Position numbers and translations under genes: made by a program | Assembly: GCF_009914755.1 (NCBI RefSeq) | Contig: NC_060947.1 | DNA: 64,000 bases | Direction: 5' to 3' (one strand) | Origin: the human T2T-CHM13v2.0 reference genome, Homo sapiens | Notes under the pieces: generated by a model | Seen by the model: the letters and a program-made list of their open reading frames with translations, nothing else | Told to the model about the DNA's origin: nothing | Databases searched by the model: none | Shown: positions 1 to 15,684 of the stretch, one piece after another | Numbering within the stretch: the first letter of the stretch is position 1 | Layout of the letters: the number at the start of each line of letters is the position of its first letter

Positions 1-1019
1 CTGGGAGGTGTCTCCCAGTCAGGATACATGAGTGTCAGGGATTCACTTGAGGAGGCAGTCTGTCCCTTATCAGAGCTCAAACGCTGTGGTGGGAGATCTG
101 CTGCTCTATTCAGAGGTACCAGGCAGGGACGTTTAAATCTGCTGAAGCTGCACCCCCAACTGTTCCTTCCCCCAGGTGCTCTGTCACAAGGAGGTGGGGG
201 TTTTATCTATAAGTCCCTGACTGGAACTGCTGCCTTTTTTTCAGAGATGCCCTGTGCAGAGAGGAGGGGATCTGGAGAGGCAGGTTGGCCACAGTGGCCT
301 TGCTGAGCTGCGGTGGGCTCCACCCAGTTCGAACTTTCCAGCAGCTTTGTTTACACTGTAAGGGTAAAACTGCCTACTTAAGCCTCAGCAATGGCATATG
401 CCACTCCCCCCACCAAGCTCCAGGGTCCCAGGTCAAGCTCAGAGTGGTGTGCTAGCAGCAAGAATTTCAAGCCAGTAGATCTTAGCTTGCTGGGCTCCAT
501 GGGGTTGGGACCCGCCGAGCCAGACCGGTTGGCCCCCTGGCTTCAGCCTCCTTTCCAAGGGAGTGAATGGTTTTGTCTGGCTGGACTTCTGAGTGCCACT
601 GAGGCATGAAAAAAAAACAACTTTTGTGGCTAGCTTGGTGTCTGCCCAAACGGCCACCCAGTTTTGTGCTAGAAACCCAGGGCCCTGGTGGCATGGGCAC
701 TGGAGTGAATCTCCTGGTCTGCGGGTTGTGAAGACCATGGGAAAAGTGCAGTGTCTGTGCTGGAGTGCATGGTATAGTCCCTAATGGCTTCCCTTGGCTA
801 GGAGAGGGAGTTCCCTGACACCTTGCACTTTCTTGGTGAGGTGACACCCCTACCCTGCTTTGGCTGACCCTCCTTGGGCTGCACCCACTATCCAACCAGT
901 CCCAGTGAGATGAACCTGGTACCTCAGTTTGAAATGCAGAAATCACCCATCTTCTGCATCGATCTCGCTGGGAGCTGCAGACTGGAACTGCTCCTATTCC
1001 ACCATCTTGCCAGCTTCCC
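1..1019 (-). mobile_element. LINE-1 5'UTR (L1PA7/8-like), element continues beyond the left window edge
   Basis: Reverse complement begins GGGAAGCTGGCAAGATGG...AATAGGAGCAGTTCCAGTCTGCAGCTCCCAGCGAGATC. Colinear with the 5'UTR of the L1 at ~20.8-21.9 kb. Confidence 0.93.
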
Positions 1020-1786
1020 ACTTTTTTTTATCTTCACTGTCTTTACTTTTAGTCCACTTGTGGTTTGGGGAGGGTCGGGTGGGCACAGGCACATCATTAG
1101 GGAGAACATGCTTACTTTTCCTAAGAAAATTAGATGGATCCTGGCTGACCCCTGAAGTGCATAATCAGAATCCCCCTCCTCTTTCTGCCCTCCCTATTGC
1201 CATAGGTGGCTGATTACCTCTTTTTCTTGGTGTCCGGTTTCTCCCCATTTTTCATCTCTCCTCCCATTTCCAGAGTCCTTCCCTCCCTTGGCCTTATGTA
1301 CTAGGGACTTGATGGCCCCTTGAAGTGTGCTGATGATATTCAGAGGGCAAGATTTTGCCTGTACCTTTGTTCTCTTTTGCTCCTGCAAGGCTACTTGTGG
1401 ATCAGAGCCCTTGATCCCACTCAGAAAGGACCCCATCAATGAGAAGCTTTTCAGTGGTGTGTCCTTTCACCCGGACGTCACTCATATCTCTTTGTCACTT
1501 GTTGTGTATGTCACCACGCAGTGATACACCCCTGAACTAGATCTTTCAGGACAGCTTTGGTGACACGAAGCTGCCACTTGTTGTTGTTCTTTTTCTCCTC
1601 TTTCTTTCTTCTTCTTCTTCCTTTTTCCTTTCACTTTCAGCTCTCTGCGGGACAAATGTTCTATCGAGACTGCTTCTTCTGCTCATTGGTGATGGGTGTG
1701 TCCCCTTGCAGCACCAGGCCTGGAAGGAGGCTTCACTTTCATTTTTAAAGAAGCAGAGATGAAAGTCACCAGTTCAGTTTCTCTGG

Positions 1787-1998
1787 TGAACAATGAGAAC
1801 ACTTGGACACAGGGTGGGGAACATCACACACCGGGGCCTGTCTTGCTGTGAGGGGAGGGGGAGGGATAGCATTAGAGATATACCTAATGTGAATGATGAG
1901 TTAATGGGTGCAGAACACCAACATGGCACATGTATACATATGTAACAAACCTGCACATTGTGCACATGTACCCTAGAACTTAAAGTATATATATAAAA
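1787..1998 (+). mobile_element. 5'-truncated L1PA 3' end (~210 bp, L1PA4-6-like)
   Basis: TGAACAATGAGAACACTTGGACACAGG...GTACCCTAGAACTTAAAGTATA followed by a short A/T tail. No clear TSD. Confidence 0.92.
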
Positions 1999-2229
1999 CA
2001 CCACCCAGGAGTTACTTTTAAGTGAAATGTCATCGTGAATTCATGGATTTCCCAGTACCTCTTGGCTCGCTGTTTGTCCCCATTCTTTTTGTGGACTCTG
2101 TAAATGTCCAATCCTGAGCCAGTGGGAGCCTTGGCAAGTTGTGTCCTGTTGCCTTTCTTTCCAGCCCAGCCATGTGAACACAACAGCGATCCACATTTCA
2201 GTGTGTACAGGCAGGCTGTCTCTGCCACG

Positions 2230-2462
2230 TGCCCATTTTCCCACTCTCACTCACACAGGCAGATGCCCACAGACCACAGACACACCCACACACGCACTCA
2301 GAAGGGACTCCACACCCCAAAACATAATCACAAACACACAAGCAGAGAAACACACAAGAAACTTGACACGGGCACAAGGGTGTGGGCCCAAGTGTTCCCC
2401 CACACAGACATGTACGCACATGCACCCCCACAGGCATAACACTGCCCACAAACTCTCCCATA
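2230..2462. repeat. CA-rich low-complexity tract
   Basis: Degenerate CACAC/ACACA runs. These account for the overlapping H/T- and C/V-rich ORFs in the track. Confidence 0.6.
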
Positions 2463-3298
2463 CAGGCTCTGAATCACCACTTGCGATGGGCATGCTTTTT
2501 TGTCTCCAGGCCTGGGTCATCATGCCATTGATTGGGTAACTTGGGCGTTCCTTTGAGAATGAATGCAGGAAGTCTGTTATCAGATAGGCCCCAGCAGTTG
2601 GTGTGAAACTGGAGCTTTCTTGGTCAAACTGCTTAAAAACTTACACTCGGAAAGGATCCCATCATCACAAAGCTTCTTGGTTGTGTGTTTTTTCACGGGG
2701 ATGTCACTGGTGTCTCTTTGCCACTCCCGTTCATTGTCATTGCTTCTTCTCAGTCTGATTCTTTTGTCTTTTTTTTTGTTTTTCATTTTTTATTTTCACT
2801 GCTTTACATTATTTTTAACATAATTGGTATCAGTTTCAGTTTTTTTCTTTTGTGTTTTTCAATTTGTTCTTTTACTTTTTTATTTAGTACTTTCAGATTG
2901 TAATTGATTTTTGCATTTTCTTTCTATCAATTTTTCTGGACCGAAGGTAGTCATTTTAGGTGGTGAATTTTTCTTCTTCCCAGTGGTGGATTCATAGTGA
3001 TATCTTATCTTCTTTTAATTTCATGGTTTTTGAGTCTTTTTTTATTGAGTTGTTTTTGAGTGGTTATTGAATGGCTTTATTGAATGTTATATGAAATATT
3101 TTTTCTCCATTTATTTTACTCTGTAACTTTTTTTTTTCGTGGCTTATCAGGGCATTTAAGAAACAGTTTTATTAAAGTTGATTATATATCAATTAGGGAT
3201 TATTAAGTCATTATTTTAAGAAGATCATTTCTCTTTTGCATCATATGTTTTAATTTTCTTTTGCTTATTGTTTAAGTGACCCAAGTTATGAACCACAT

Positions 3299-3594
3299 TT
3301 TTTTTTTTTTTTCTGAGAGGGAGTCTCGCTCTGTTGTCTAGGCTGGTGTGCAGTGGTGTGACCTTGACTCATTGCAACCTCCACCTCCCAGGTTCAACCG
3401 ATTCTTCTGCCTCAGGCTCCTGAGCAGCTAGGACTACAGGTGCATGCCACCATGCCCAGCTGATTTTTTGGTACTTTTAGTAGAGATGGTGTTTCACCAT
3501 GTTGGCCCGGATGGCCTCCATCTCTTGACCTCGTGATCTGCTCACCTCGGCCTCCCAAAGTGCTGGGATTACAGACCTGAGCCACCATACCTGG
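3299..3594 (-). mobile_element. Alu (AluSc-like) with 10-bp TSD
   Basis: Poly(T) plus dimeric Alu. TSD TGAACCACAT at 3289-3298 and 3595-3604. Confidence 0.95.
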
Positions 3595-4259
3595 TGAACC
3601 ACATCTTCTCTTCCGCTGTTCACCTTAGACTCTTGATCATATTTTGGGGTATTTCTTTTTTTTTTTAATTTGATCAAATGTGATAGTAAGAAATGTCATA
3701 TTTTATGTGTCATTAATAGCTAATAGAGAATATATTTTTGGAATATATATTTAACCTTTACTTCATTCTATAATGCTTTTTACATTTCTGTCATATCTTA
3801 TACACAATTTTTACTACACTGAGAAATTTATTCTTAAAGTAGTGATAAATCAACTCATTTTAATATAAATTCATGATTTTATAGACTATATGACTTGGCT
3901 TAAATAGATCTTTCTGAGAAATCAGGAAAATTTGAAAGCCATCAATAAATTATTTACTCTTTGATAATGAAAATATTTTAATAAAAATGCTAAAAACACT
4001 TAATTTTAAACCAAAATACAGTATAGTATCTGGTAAAGAGATTTAAACCTATGTTGCAAAGATGATTAAAATGATTCATACGCAATGACCCTTTATAGAG
4101 ATTCATTTAAATTAAAATTTATTTTTCTACATCAAAATGAGGAGATCATCATGACTAAGAAATTTTGGATTACTAAATTCTTAAAAAATTGTCCACTTTT
4201 AAAATTCTATTAAGGTACAATAAATCAAACATATACTATGTTTTCTTTATCATTTATAG

Positions 4260-4280
4260 AAATTTAAAGTATGATAACAG
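4260..4280 (+). CDS. Putative 21-nt micro-exon of an unidentified + strand gene
   Basis: Acceptor ttttctttatcatttatag|A and donor CAG|gtattt. Only one frame is open (xNLKYDN-). Splicing to 6124 gives ...NLKYDNSLMM*. Confidence 0.35.
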
Positions 4281-4974
4281 GTATTTCTTGTTGAGGTGAT
4301 TAGCTTGTCTCTCATACATTGGTGTTTGGAGAATTGTTTACTGAAACATTTGAAATGGTAATCCACAAATTGTTTAACTTTTTTATTATACCATCTGAGA
4401 ATATGTTTGCATATTTGTGAAAACAATTGGAAACTGTCTCAGTTATGTTCATTTTGAGAATTACTATGTTTTGGTGGACACATTTGCTGGAATTTTGTGC
4501 AGATATTTTTAAAATATTTAAGTTTATGTGGTTACTATGAGATATTATTAAATAAATAAAACATGTTCGGAGTAATGTGTATAATACAAACTCATTTTTT
4601 GTAACAACAAACAGAAAGAGTTACATGTTGGTAAGTATATGTGTCTTTGATTGGTTATGGAAAAAATTATTAGGCATTTATTCCATACTTTTAACATCTT
4701 TTAACCTCCACAGATTTAGAATTGTTTTTCTGGAAGAAATTGTTAATCTTCTCTTTTATACATTTCATGTTGTTTTCCTCATTTTAATGCCTTCGTATTA
4801 TATTTCTAAATATAATTTTCTTTTATAAAACATGCAAATTTTATACGAAGAAAAACAGCATAAGTAAACTTAAAGACTATTTATATACAATGTGGTTCCA
4901 TTTAAAAGATAGATAATGGATGCCATTAATTCATAGAATATATAATACATTTCTTTATGTTAATACAGAAACAA

Positions 4975-5730
4975 AGCCTGATAGAAATATAGTCAAAGAA
5001 CAGGCAATTCATAGGAGACAAAAATATATGGCCAATAATAATAATAAATATAGTTGACTTTAATATTAGGTCATCATATTTGCCACAATCAAAAAAGTCT
5101 CCAGAATTCTCAGTTTTAGAAAGGATTTGGTTAAATATCTACTGTCTATAAAATTGTACGTTTCTAAAGTATTTTATCTCTATCGTAATTTTAATGTTTG
5201 TAAGTTTTGACTTGTGTTTTATTTGTAGAATATATGGAAATAATTCTACATATCAATAAATTGGCTTGCTTGTAGTAAAAATGTTGCAAGCATATTAAAT
5301 ATCTTTCAACAGAATTTGAACATCTTTCAACAGTTAAAATTATACTGTAACACGATGCAATATTTTGAAGCCATTGAAATATTGAGACTGATCTATTTTT
5401 ATATTAAAAATTATTAAGACATTTATAAGTGAATAAAAACAAATTGCCGAAGTGTATGCTAGGATGATCTAATTTATATTATAAACTCCAAATCTAAATT
5501 ATTATATTATTATAAATACTATATATGTGTACATTTAAATAGAAATAAAAAGGTCTAGACAGAATTGATAACTATGTTTTCTTCTGTAAATAGGAGAAAG
5601 ACTGAGGAATGGTAAAAGTTTAGCAGTAAGAAGAATTATGTCTATGTTGTTTGAATTATATACAGTTAGATTGTATTCATGTATTTATTCATGTATTATT
5701 TGTGTAAATAAATAAATAAATATAAAATTT
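4975..5730 (+). mobile_element. Highly diverged L1ME-type 3' remnant
   Basis: aaagaacaggcaattcatagg...atatatggccaataa resembles the L1 ORF2 end. atgcaatattttgaagccattg and aagtgaataaaaacaaattgc resemble the L1ME 3'UTR. Confidence 0.5.
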
Positions 5731-6123
5731 CCAAGGAATATAGGAGTTTGTCAAGGGGCTATGAGGGAACAATGAGGCTGATTGATTAGTTTTGGAAGCC
5801 TAATAAAACAAGAGTAATAGCGGTAGACATCCCTGTACTTTTTGGGGGAGAAATATGCCTAAGATAATAGAAACATCTGGTCCACCTAACAGATAAATTA
5901 TTTTGCATTCAAATACATTAGATACCAAAAAGATGCAGGTTATTGACATTGTATGCCTTTGATTTAATATTTATTAAGCACTCATCTAATAATTTTGCAT
6001 TCTCTTTAACTTGCTTAATAGGGAAATTGGGGTGTTTTCTGCTCAACAGACATATCTGACCTGTATGATAATGGAATTTCTCATTATAAGTCAATAAACT
6101 TTTGTTCTTTCTGTATCTTTCAG

Positions 6124-6385
6124 TCTTATGATGTAATCAGCGCGATTTCACTTCCTGAATTTCGATGAATTCTAAGACATGGGCAAGATCGGGTTGTAAG
6201 ACCTCTGAGATTTAAGGCCATGCCCTGGATCATGGTGAACTTACCAAAGCAAACAATGCCTGTGAGATGGTCCTGCAGCAGCCAACCAGTGAACTCTTTT
6301 GGTGACATCCTGTTCTTGTTGTATAACTTTATATTCCTATAAATCCATTAAGGCCCCAATAAAGTTTGTCTCTAAGCGCTGTGTT
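6124..6385 (+). other. Putative terminal exon (short coding end plus 3'UTR) of an unidentified + strand gene
   Basis: Strong polypyrimidine acceptor ttttgttctttctgtatctttcag|T. Stop at 6134-6136 (..SLMM*) or 6166-6168 (SYDVISAISLPEFR*). Locally GC-richer with retained CpGs. AATAAA at 6358-6363. Confidence 0.5.
6358..6363 (+). terminator. Candidate polyadenylation signal AATAAA
   Basis: Canonical hexamer ~235 nt after the strong acceptor, with GT-containing sequence downstream. Confidence 0.45.
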
Positions 6386-8130
6386 AGATCTATATGACTA
6401 CATCTAGTAAATTGTGAATTTTAAGTAAATATTTTATAAGAACTCCTATGTAAAGCATTACTAAAATTAGTGTTGAAATATGACCTTCTTCCTACATTTA
6501 TTCATTTATTTATGTCTATTTATTCATTTATTTTAGTGAAAAATATAAGGAAAGTAGAGGAAGGTTAAATCCAAAAAAGAATTGTTTCCAGTACACTTTC
6601 TTTAATTTGCTGTCAGTTTTTGCATGGAATCTACATCTTTTTATGCTAATCCTCATCCTAGTATTTTACATCTTAACTATTTTTTTCTGACTGAAATGGT
6701 TGATGTGCTTGTTTTTTGTAATTTTCTACTTTCCTTCTAAAATGCTTAGTATTGAACAAATAGAATATCCTAATTAAAAACAGTAATAAATATTATGGTG
6801 AAAAAATACAAGTAAAATGGGAAAACATTAGATAGCAGCTTTCAATATTTCATATAGTTCATAAATGTTTCAGGAATTACAAGGTTATAGAAAAAAATTT
6901 ATAGACTATAATAATTTCCAGGGATATAAAAAAATAAAGCTTCTACCTTTGAATTGTAATAATAAAAGATAAACAGACTTGAAAGCATATATTATATCTG
7001 AAAATGTCAGATAAACTTGGCTTATAAATTAAAATATAAAATAATAATACAATTTGTTCAAATAAGTAATTAAAGCTTACATTGTAAAATGAATATTTAG
7101 AGAGATTGTGAAACCTGAGTATTTTACCCAATCCTCTGAAATTAGTCCCTAGCATCAGAATTAAAGAATCTGAAAAATCACAAATGGAGGTATGGTGACA
7201 TTTATGTATATTCTAGAGTTATGTTATGCACACTTAATAAATTATAGACAGTTATTTTAAAGATTGTATAATATTACTAATCACACATTAGAGTTTTAAA
7301 ACTTCTGAGCCAGGCTGAACATCACAAACAGTAAACACAGACTTCTTTAAAAGGACATCTGGTGAAAGGCATTTTATGCATCAGAAGGCACAGTATTATA
7401 AAGATGACAACACTCTTCAAAATAATCAAACTATTCAATGCAACCCTTATCAAAATTAAGGTTGCCTACTTTGAAGAAATTTATAACCTGATTCTAAAGT
7501 TCATATGAAAATGTAATGGACCCAGAATAGCCAAAACAATCTTGAAGTATACAAAGTTTGAAGAGTCACATTTCCAAATTTTAAAACTTATTACAAAGCT
7601 ACAATAAACAAGTCTATGTGGTACTGGCATAGGATATAAATATTGATCAATGAAATAGAATCCAAAGTCCAGACATAAGCCCTCACAAAAGTTAATTTGC
7701 AGCCAATTAACTTCTGAGAAGGAGGCAAGACAAAAGGGGAAATAACTATTTTCAATAAATGGTACTGGGACAACTTGGTATCTACATGCAAAAAAAAAAC
7801 AAAAAAACAAAAAACTTCCACCCCTACCTCATGCAAAATACAAAAATTAACTCAAAATAGGCCAAAGACTCAAATATAAGGGTTACACTATAAAACTCTT
7901 GGGAGGAAATATAGAATAAATTTTTGTGACCTTGAATTAAGTATTAGATTTTTAATTCTTACACCAAAGCACAAGTTAATAAAGGAAAAAAAAGATAAAC
8001 TGGACATAATTAAAATTGAAAAAAAATTTGCTTCAGTGAACACAGTCAAGAAATTTGAAAGACAGCCACAGTGCAAGATTATTTTTGCAAATAATATGTC
8101 TCATAAATGACTTGTATCTAAAATATATAA

Positions 8131-8456
8131 GACCAGGCATGGTGGCTCATCCTGTAATCCCAGCACTTTGGGAGGCTGAGGCAGGGGGATCACTTGAGGT
8201 CAGGAGTTTGACACCAGCCTGGCCAACATGATGAAACCCCATCTTTACTAAAAATACACACACAAAAAAAATTAGCAGGGTGTGGTGGTGTATGCCTGTA
8301 ATCTTAGCTACTCAGGAGGCTGAGGTGGGAGGATAGCTTGAACCTGGGAGGCAGAGGTTGCAGTGAGCCAAAATTGCACCAATGCACACTCCAGCCTAAG
8401 CAACAGGGCAAGACGCCATCTCAAAAAATAAAACAAAATAATAAAATAAAATAAAC
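8131..8456 (+). mobile_element. Alu (S-type)
   Basis: Dimeric Alu with an (AAAAT)n tail. Confidence 0.95.
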
Positions 8457-8787
8457 AGTAATTACCGCTAAATAATAAAACAAACAATAAACCAATTTTA
8501 TAACGAAAGGATCTGAATAGATTCTTCTGTAAAGAAGACATACAAATCACAAATTACACATGAGAAGATGCTCAACACTATTAGTCATCAGGGAAATGCA
8601 AATCAAAATCACAAAGAGACAGCAATTTATACCCAGTAGGATACTTATTATTATTATTATTTTAAATAGCAAAATAATAAATGTTAGAATGTGGGAAAAC
8701 AGGAACATGCGGCATTGTTGCTGGTAATGATAAATGTGCAGCCACTGGGCAAACAATTTTGTGGTTCCTCTCTAAGTTAAAAATAAT

Positions 8788-9076
<289 letters not shown>

Positions 9077-9734
9077 CTACCCAGCAATTTTACTCCTGAT
9101 ACATAGCCAAAATAACTAAAAAACAGGTGTTCAAACAAAAATTGTACAGGACGGTTTACAGCAGAAATATTTGTACTAGGAAAATGTGGAAACAACTCAA
9201 ATGCCCATCAACTGGTGAATGGAAAACAAAATGTATATTCACACAATGGAATATTAATTTAGTCATATACAGGAAATAAGTATACATACTGCCAGAATAA
9301 ACCTTGAAAGCATTATGCCAAAAAAAAAAAAAAGGAAAATAATTCTTGCCTGGTGGTCTGGGAAAAGCAAAAGCATTATGCTATGTGAAAAAAGCCAGTC
9401 ACACAGTACCATATATTATATAATTTCATATAAATAAAATGTCCACATGAGGCAAGTCTATAGGTTCAGAAAAAATATTTGCTTAAGGATGGAGTTTCCC
9501 TTAAGTTATGATTGAGAATTGATGTCTAAGGACTGTGTGATTTTATTCAGGGTTAATGAAAATGCATAAGAATTGACTGTAGTGATATTTACACATATCT
9601 ATGCTTATCTATAAATATCCAAAACCATTGAATTGTACACTTTAAATCACGGATTGTATTATATGTGCATATCTCAAGTTGTTTAAAACAATAGATGTCT
9701 GGCTAGCACCTCCCAAGGCAGCCTCTCCCAACTT

Positions 9735-10030
<296 letters not shown>

Positions 10031-10060
10031 AGCCTCTCCCAACTTATTAAATTCCTATGC

Positions 10061-12911
<2,851 letters not shown>

Positions 12912-13002
12912 CATATTAATCCCTTCCCCATAAAGAGAGATAAACTCACTGCTGAGTGTTGTTTACTTTTCTTCTGATATCCTCTAACTTAAATACTATA
13001 AT

Positions 13003-13180
13003 GTGAATCACACTGATTACATCACAAGACTGAAAGACACAGAAAGAGAACAAAAGTTTATTGACTTATAATGAGAAATTCCATTATCATACAGGTCAGC
13101 TATGTCTGTTGAGCAGAAAACACCCTGCTTTCCCTATTAAGCACCTTAAAGAGAATGCAAAATTATTAGATGAGTGTTTA
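13003..13180 (-). repeat. Inverted copy of 5975-6151 (~93% identical)
   Basis: Reverse complement aligns to 5975-6151 with about 11 substitutions and 2 small indels (hand count). Confidence 0.95.
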
Positions 13181-13568
13181 GGAAAATGTGGCACATATAC
13201 ACCATGGAATACTATGCAGCCATAAAAAAGGATGAGTTCATTGTCCTTTGTAGGGACATGGATGAAGCTGGAAACCATCATTCTGAGCAAACTATCACAG
13301 GGACAGAAAACCAAACACCGCATGTTCTCACTCATAGGTGGGAATTGAACAATGAGAACACTTGGACACAGGGCAGGGAACATCACACACCAGGGCCTGT
13401 CATGGGGTGGGGGCATGAGGGAGGGATAGCATTAGGAGAAATATCTAATGTAAATGACGAGTTAATGGGTGCAGCAAACCAACACGGCACATGTATACAT
13501 ATGTAACAAACCTGCACGTTGTGCACATGTACCCTAGAACTTAAAGTAGAATAATAATTAAAAAAAAC
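13181..13568 (+). mobile_element. 5'-truncated L1PA5/6-like 3' end (~390 bp)
   Basis: GAAAATGTGGCACATATACACCATGG...GTACCCTAGAACTTAAAG plus an A-rich tail. Inserted into the ERVL 3' region. Confidence 0.94.
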
Positions 13569-15684
13569 AAGCTCACATACTGATATAAAGTCAATACATC
13601 TTTTGTTACATTATAAAGGAATAAGAGAGGAAATGAAACAAAGATATTTGCTTAATAAATGTATATTATACATAATATACATATACATATATATAATCTT
13701 AATTTTAACACATAGAAAAGAAATACTCATGACAATTATGGTCTTTTTTTCCTTAATTGGTCATGTGGTCATAGCTGGTATTTTGAACAACCTATTTCTA
13801 CAACCCATTCTGTATTCTCTTTGCTTGCAGCAAGCACCTCAGCCAAATGTAATTCCTTACCTGCTGGTGTGATCCAAACCTTCATTCCTGAAGGGTTTCG
13901 GCCATTTGTTGTTCTGCCTGGATTGGGTCATTGTAGTTTTCCATTGACCCTTAATCATAGGGTGTGGTAATATTAAGAGACTCCCTAGAAGATCTTCTGT
14001 ATTCCATAAATACTCTTTCTTACCTCCACTGGGGTACGGTAGTCTACCTTCTCCTTGGTAGTTTGGACCAATTACATAGGTCACTAGGCAATTTGCCACT
14101 TTCTTGGTTGCAGGAGGAATCAGATGCAACAACTTATTATTTGCCTTAGGAAGGACATCTTGGCATGCCCCACACCACATAACCCCTAGAAATTTTAAAG
14201 AGGTTGAAGTCTCCTGAATTTTAGTTGGATTTATTTTCTACCTTCTGAAATGCAAATGTCTTAGCAATAAGTGCAAAGTATTTGTTACTTTTTGCTCATT
14301 AAGTCCAATCAGAAAATGTCTTCGATGTAATAGGTCTGTGAAATATCTTGTGGAAGAGAAAAACAATCAAGGTCCCTTTAAACTAAATTATGATGTAGTG
14401 CTATAGAGTTAAGACACTCTTGAAATAGTACAATAAAGATTATTACTGGTCTTTGCAGCTGACAGAAAACTGGTTCTGGTGGACATTATGGACAAATTTG
14501 GAGAAAAGGTGTTTGCCAGATTATTAACTGCCTAGCAGGTACCAGGAGATGTGTTAATTTGCTCAAGCAGTGAATCCACATCTAGTGGAGGAGTTTCCAT
14601 TGGAATCACCACTTGTTTAATTTTATGATATTCCACTGTAATTTTCCAAGACCCATCTCTCTTCTGCACGGTAAAATAGAAGAGTCGAATGGGGAATGTG
14701 GTAGGAATCAACATCTTTGAATCTTTCAAGTATTTGATGGTGGCATTAATGTCTACAATCCTTCCAGAGATGCAGTATTGCTTTTGATTTACTATTTTCC
14801 TTGGTATACACAACTCTAATTGCTTCTATTTGGCCTTTCTCACTATAATAGCTTTCACTTTTCTGGTTAGAAAACCAGTGTTGAGATTCTTCCAGCTGCT
14901 AATTATTTCTATTCTAATGATGCATTCTGGAACTAGAGAAATAACCACAGAATGGGATCAGTGACCTACTGGACTCACCGCAAGATAGACCTCAGCAAAT
15001 ACTTCATTGATCACCTGACCCCCATAGCCCTTACTCTGACTAGAGAGCCTCCCCTTCATTCAAGGGTTTCTGTGTTTGTAAACTGGATGAAGCCTGAAAA
15101 TTAATTGAGTGTTGTGGTGTTTTTTTTTTTTTTTTTTTTTGCTTTTATGATTCAAATTAGACTTTCGTTTATTTGACCTGGACATTTTCTGCTTATACAG
15201 ATCAAGTAAAGACTTAGTAGCTTTCTCATCTATTTCACTTATGGAAACTAGCCAACACCATAGTTCTGTGTGAGTCAGATTATTCTGATTGGGGCTTTTA
15301 CACTGCTGTCCATTACAGTAATTATACTCACCTTTCTTTTAATGATTGTGTGCCGCAACTTCACCCCTGCTATCTCAAGATCCAATTATACCTATTGCAT
15401 TTAAGTTTTCCAATTGAGTGATTGCAGGTTTCACCGTAAGATCTGTCCTACAGAGAAAAGCAATCATGGAGCTCTTCAAGGATGCTGGGGATCCCCTCAC
15501 AAATCTATTTCCCAAAGCACTGGTGAAAGTTACACTTTCTAGACTCTTCCAGTGTTGATGACTAAGCCTTAAAAGACAAATCTACTCTAGTATTTTAATC
15601 TCCCTAATCCTGTGAATTTCTTCTTCTCCATTAAACCAAGGGTGTTTGGGTATTTCCAAGTCACTCATAATTGGCTGTCTTTTT

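Larger units (their letters stand above)
12912..15684 (-). mobile_element. ERVL (HERV-L/ERVL-B4-like) internal region, 3' part: gag end, pro, RT, deleted pol, 3' non-coding region
   Basis: ORF 14532-14813 encodes the ERVL RT start (NQKQYCI...QKRDGSWKITVEYHKI). ORF 13857-14180 is pol-like. 12912-13002 and 13570-13780 match the ERVL 3' non-coding region. Confidence 0.85.

Noticed and set aside
2104-2539. Overlapping 87-132 aa ORFs
   Set aside because: They arise from CA-rich low-complexity sequence that lacks stop codons.
4100-4214. Extra exon ending at AAG|gtacaa
   Set aside because: It would leave a 45-nt intron before the micro-exon, too short for normal splicing.
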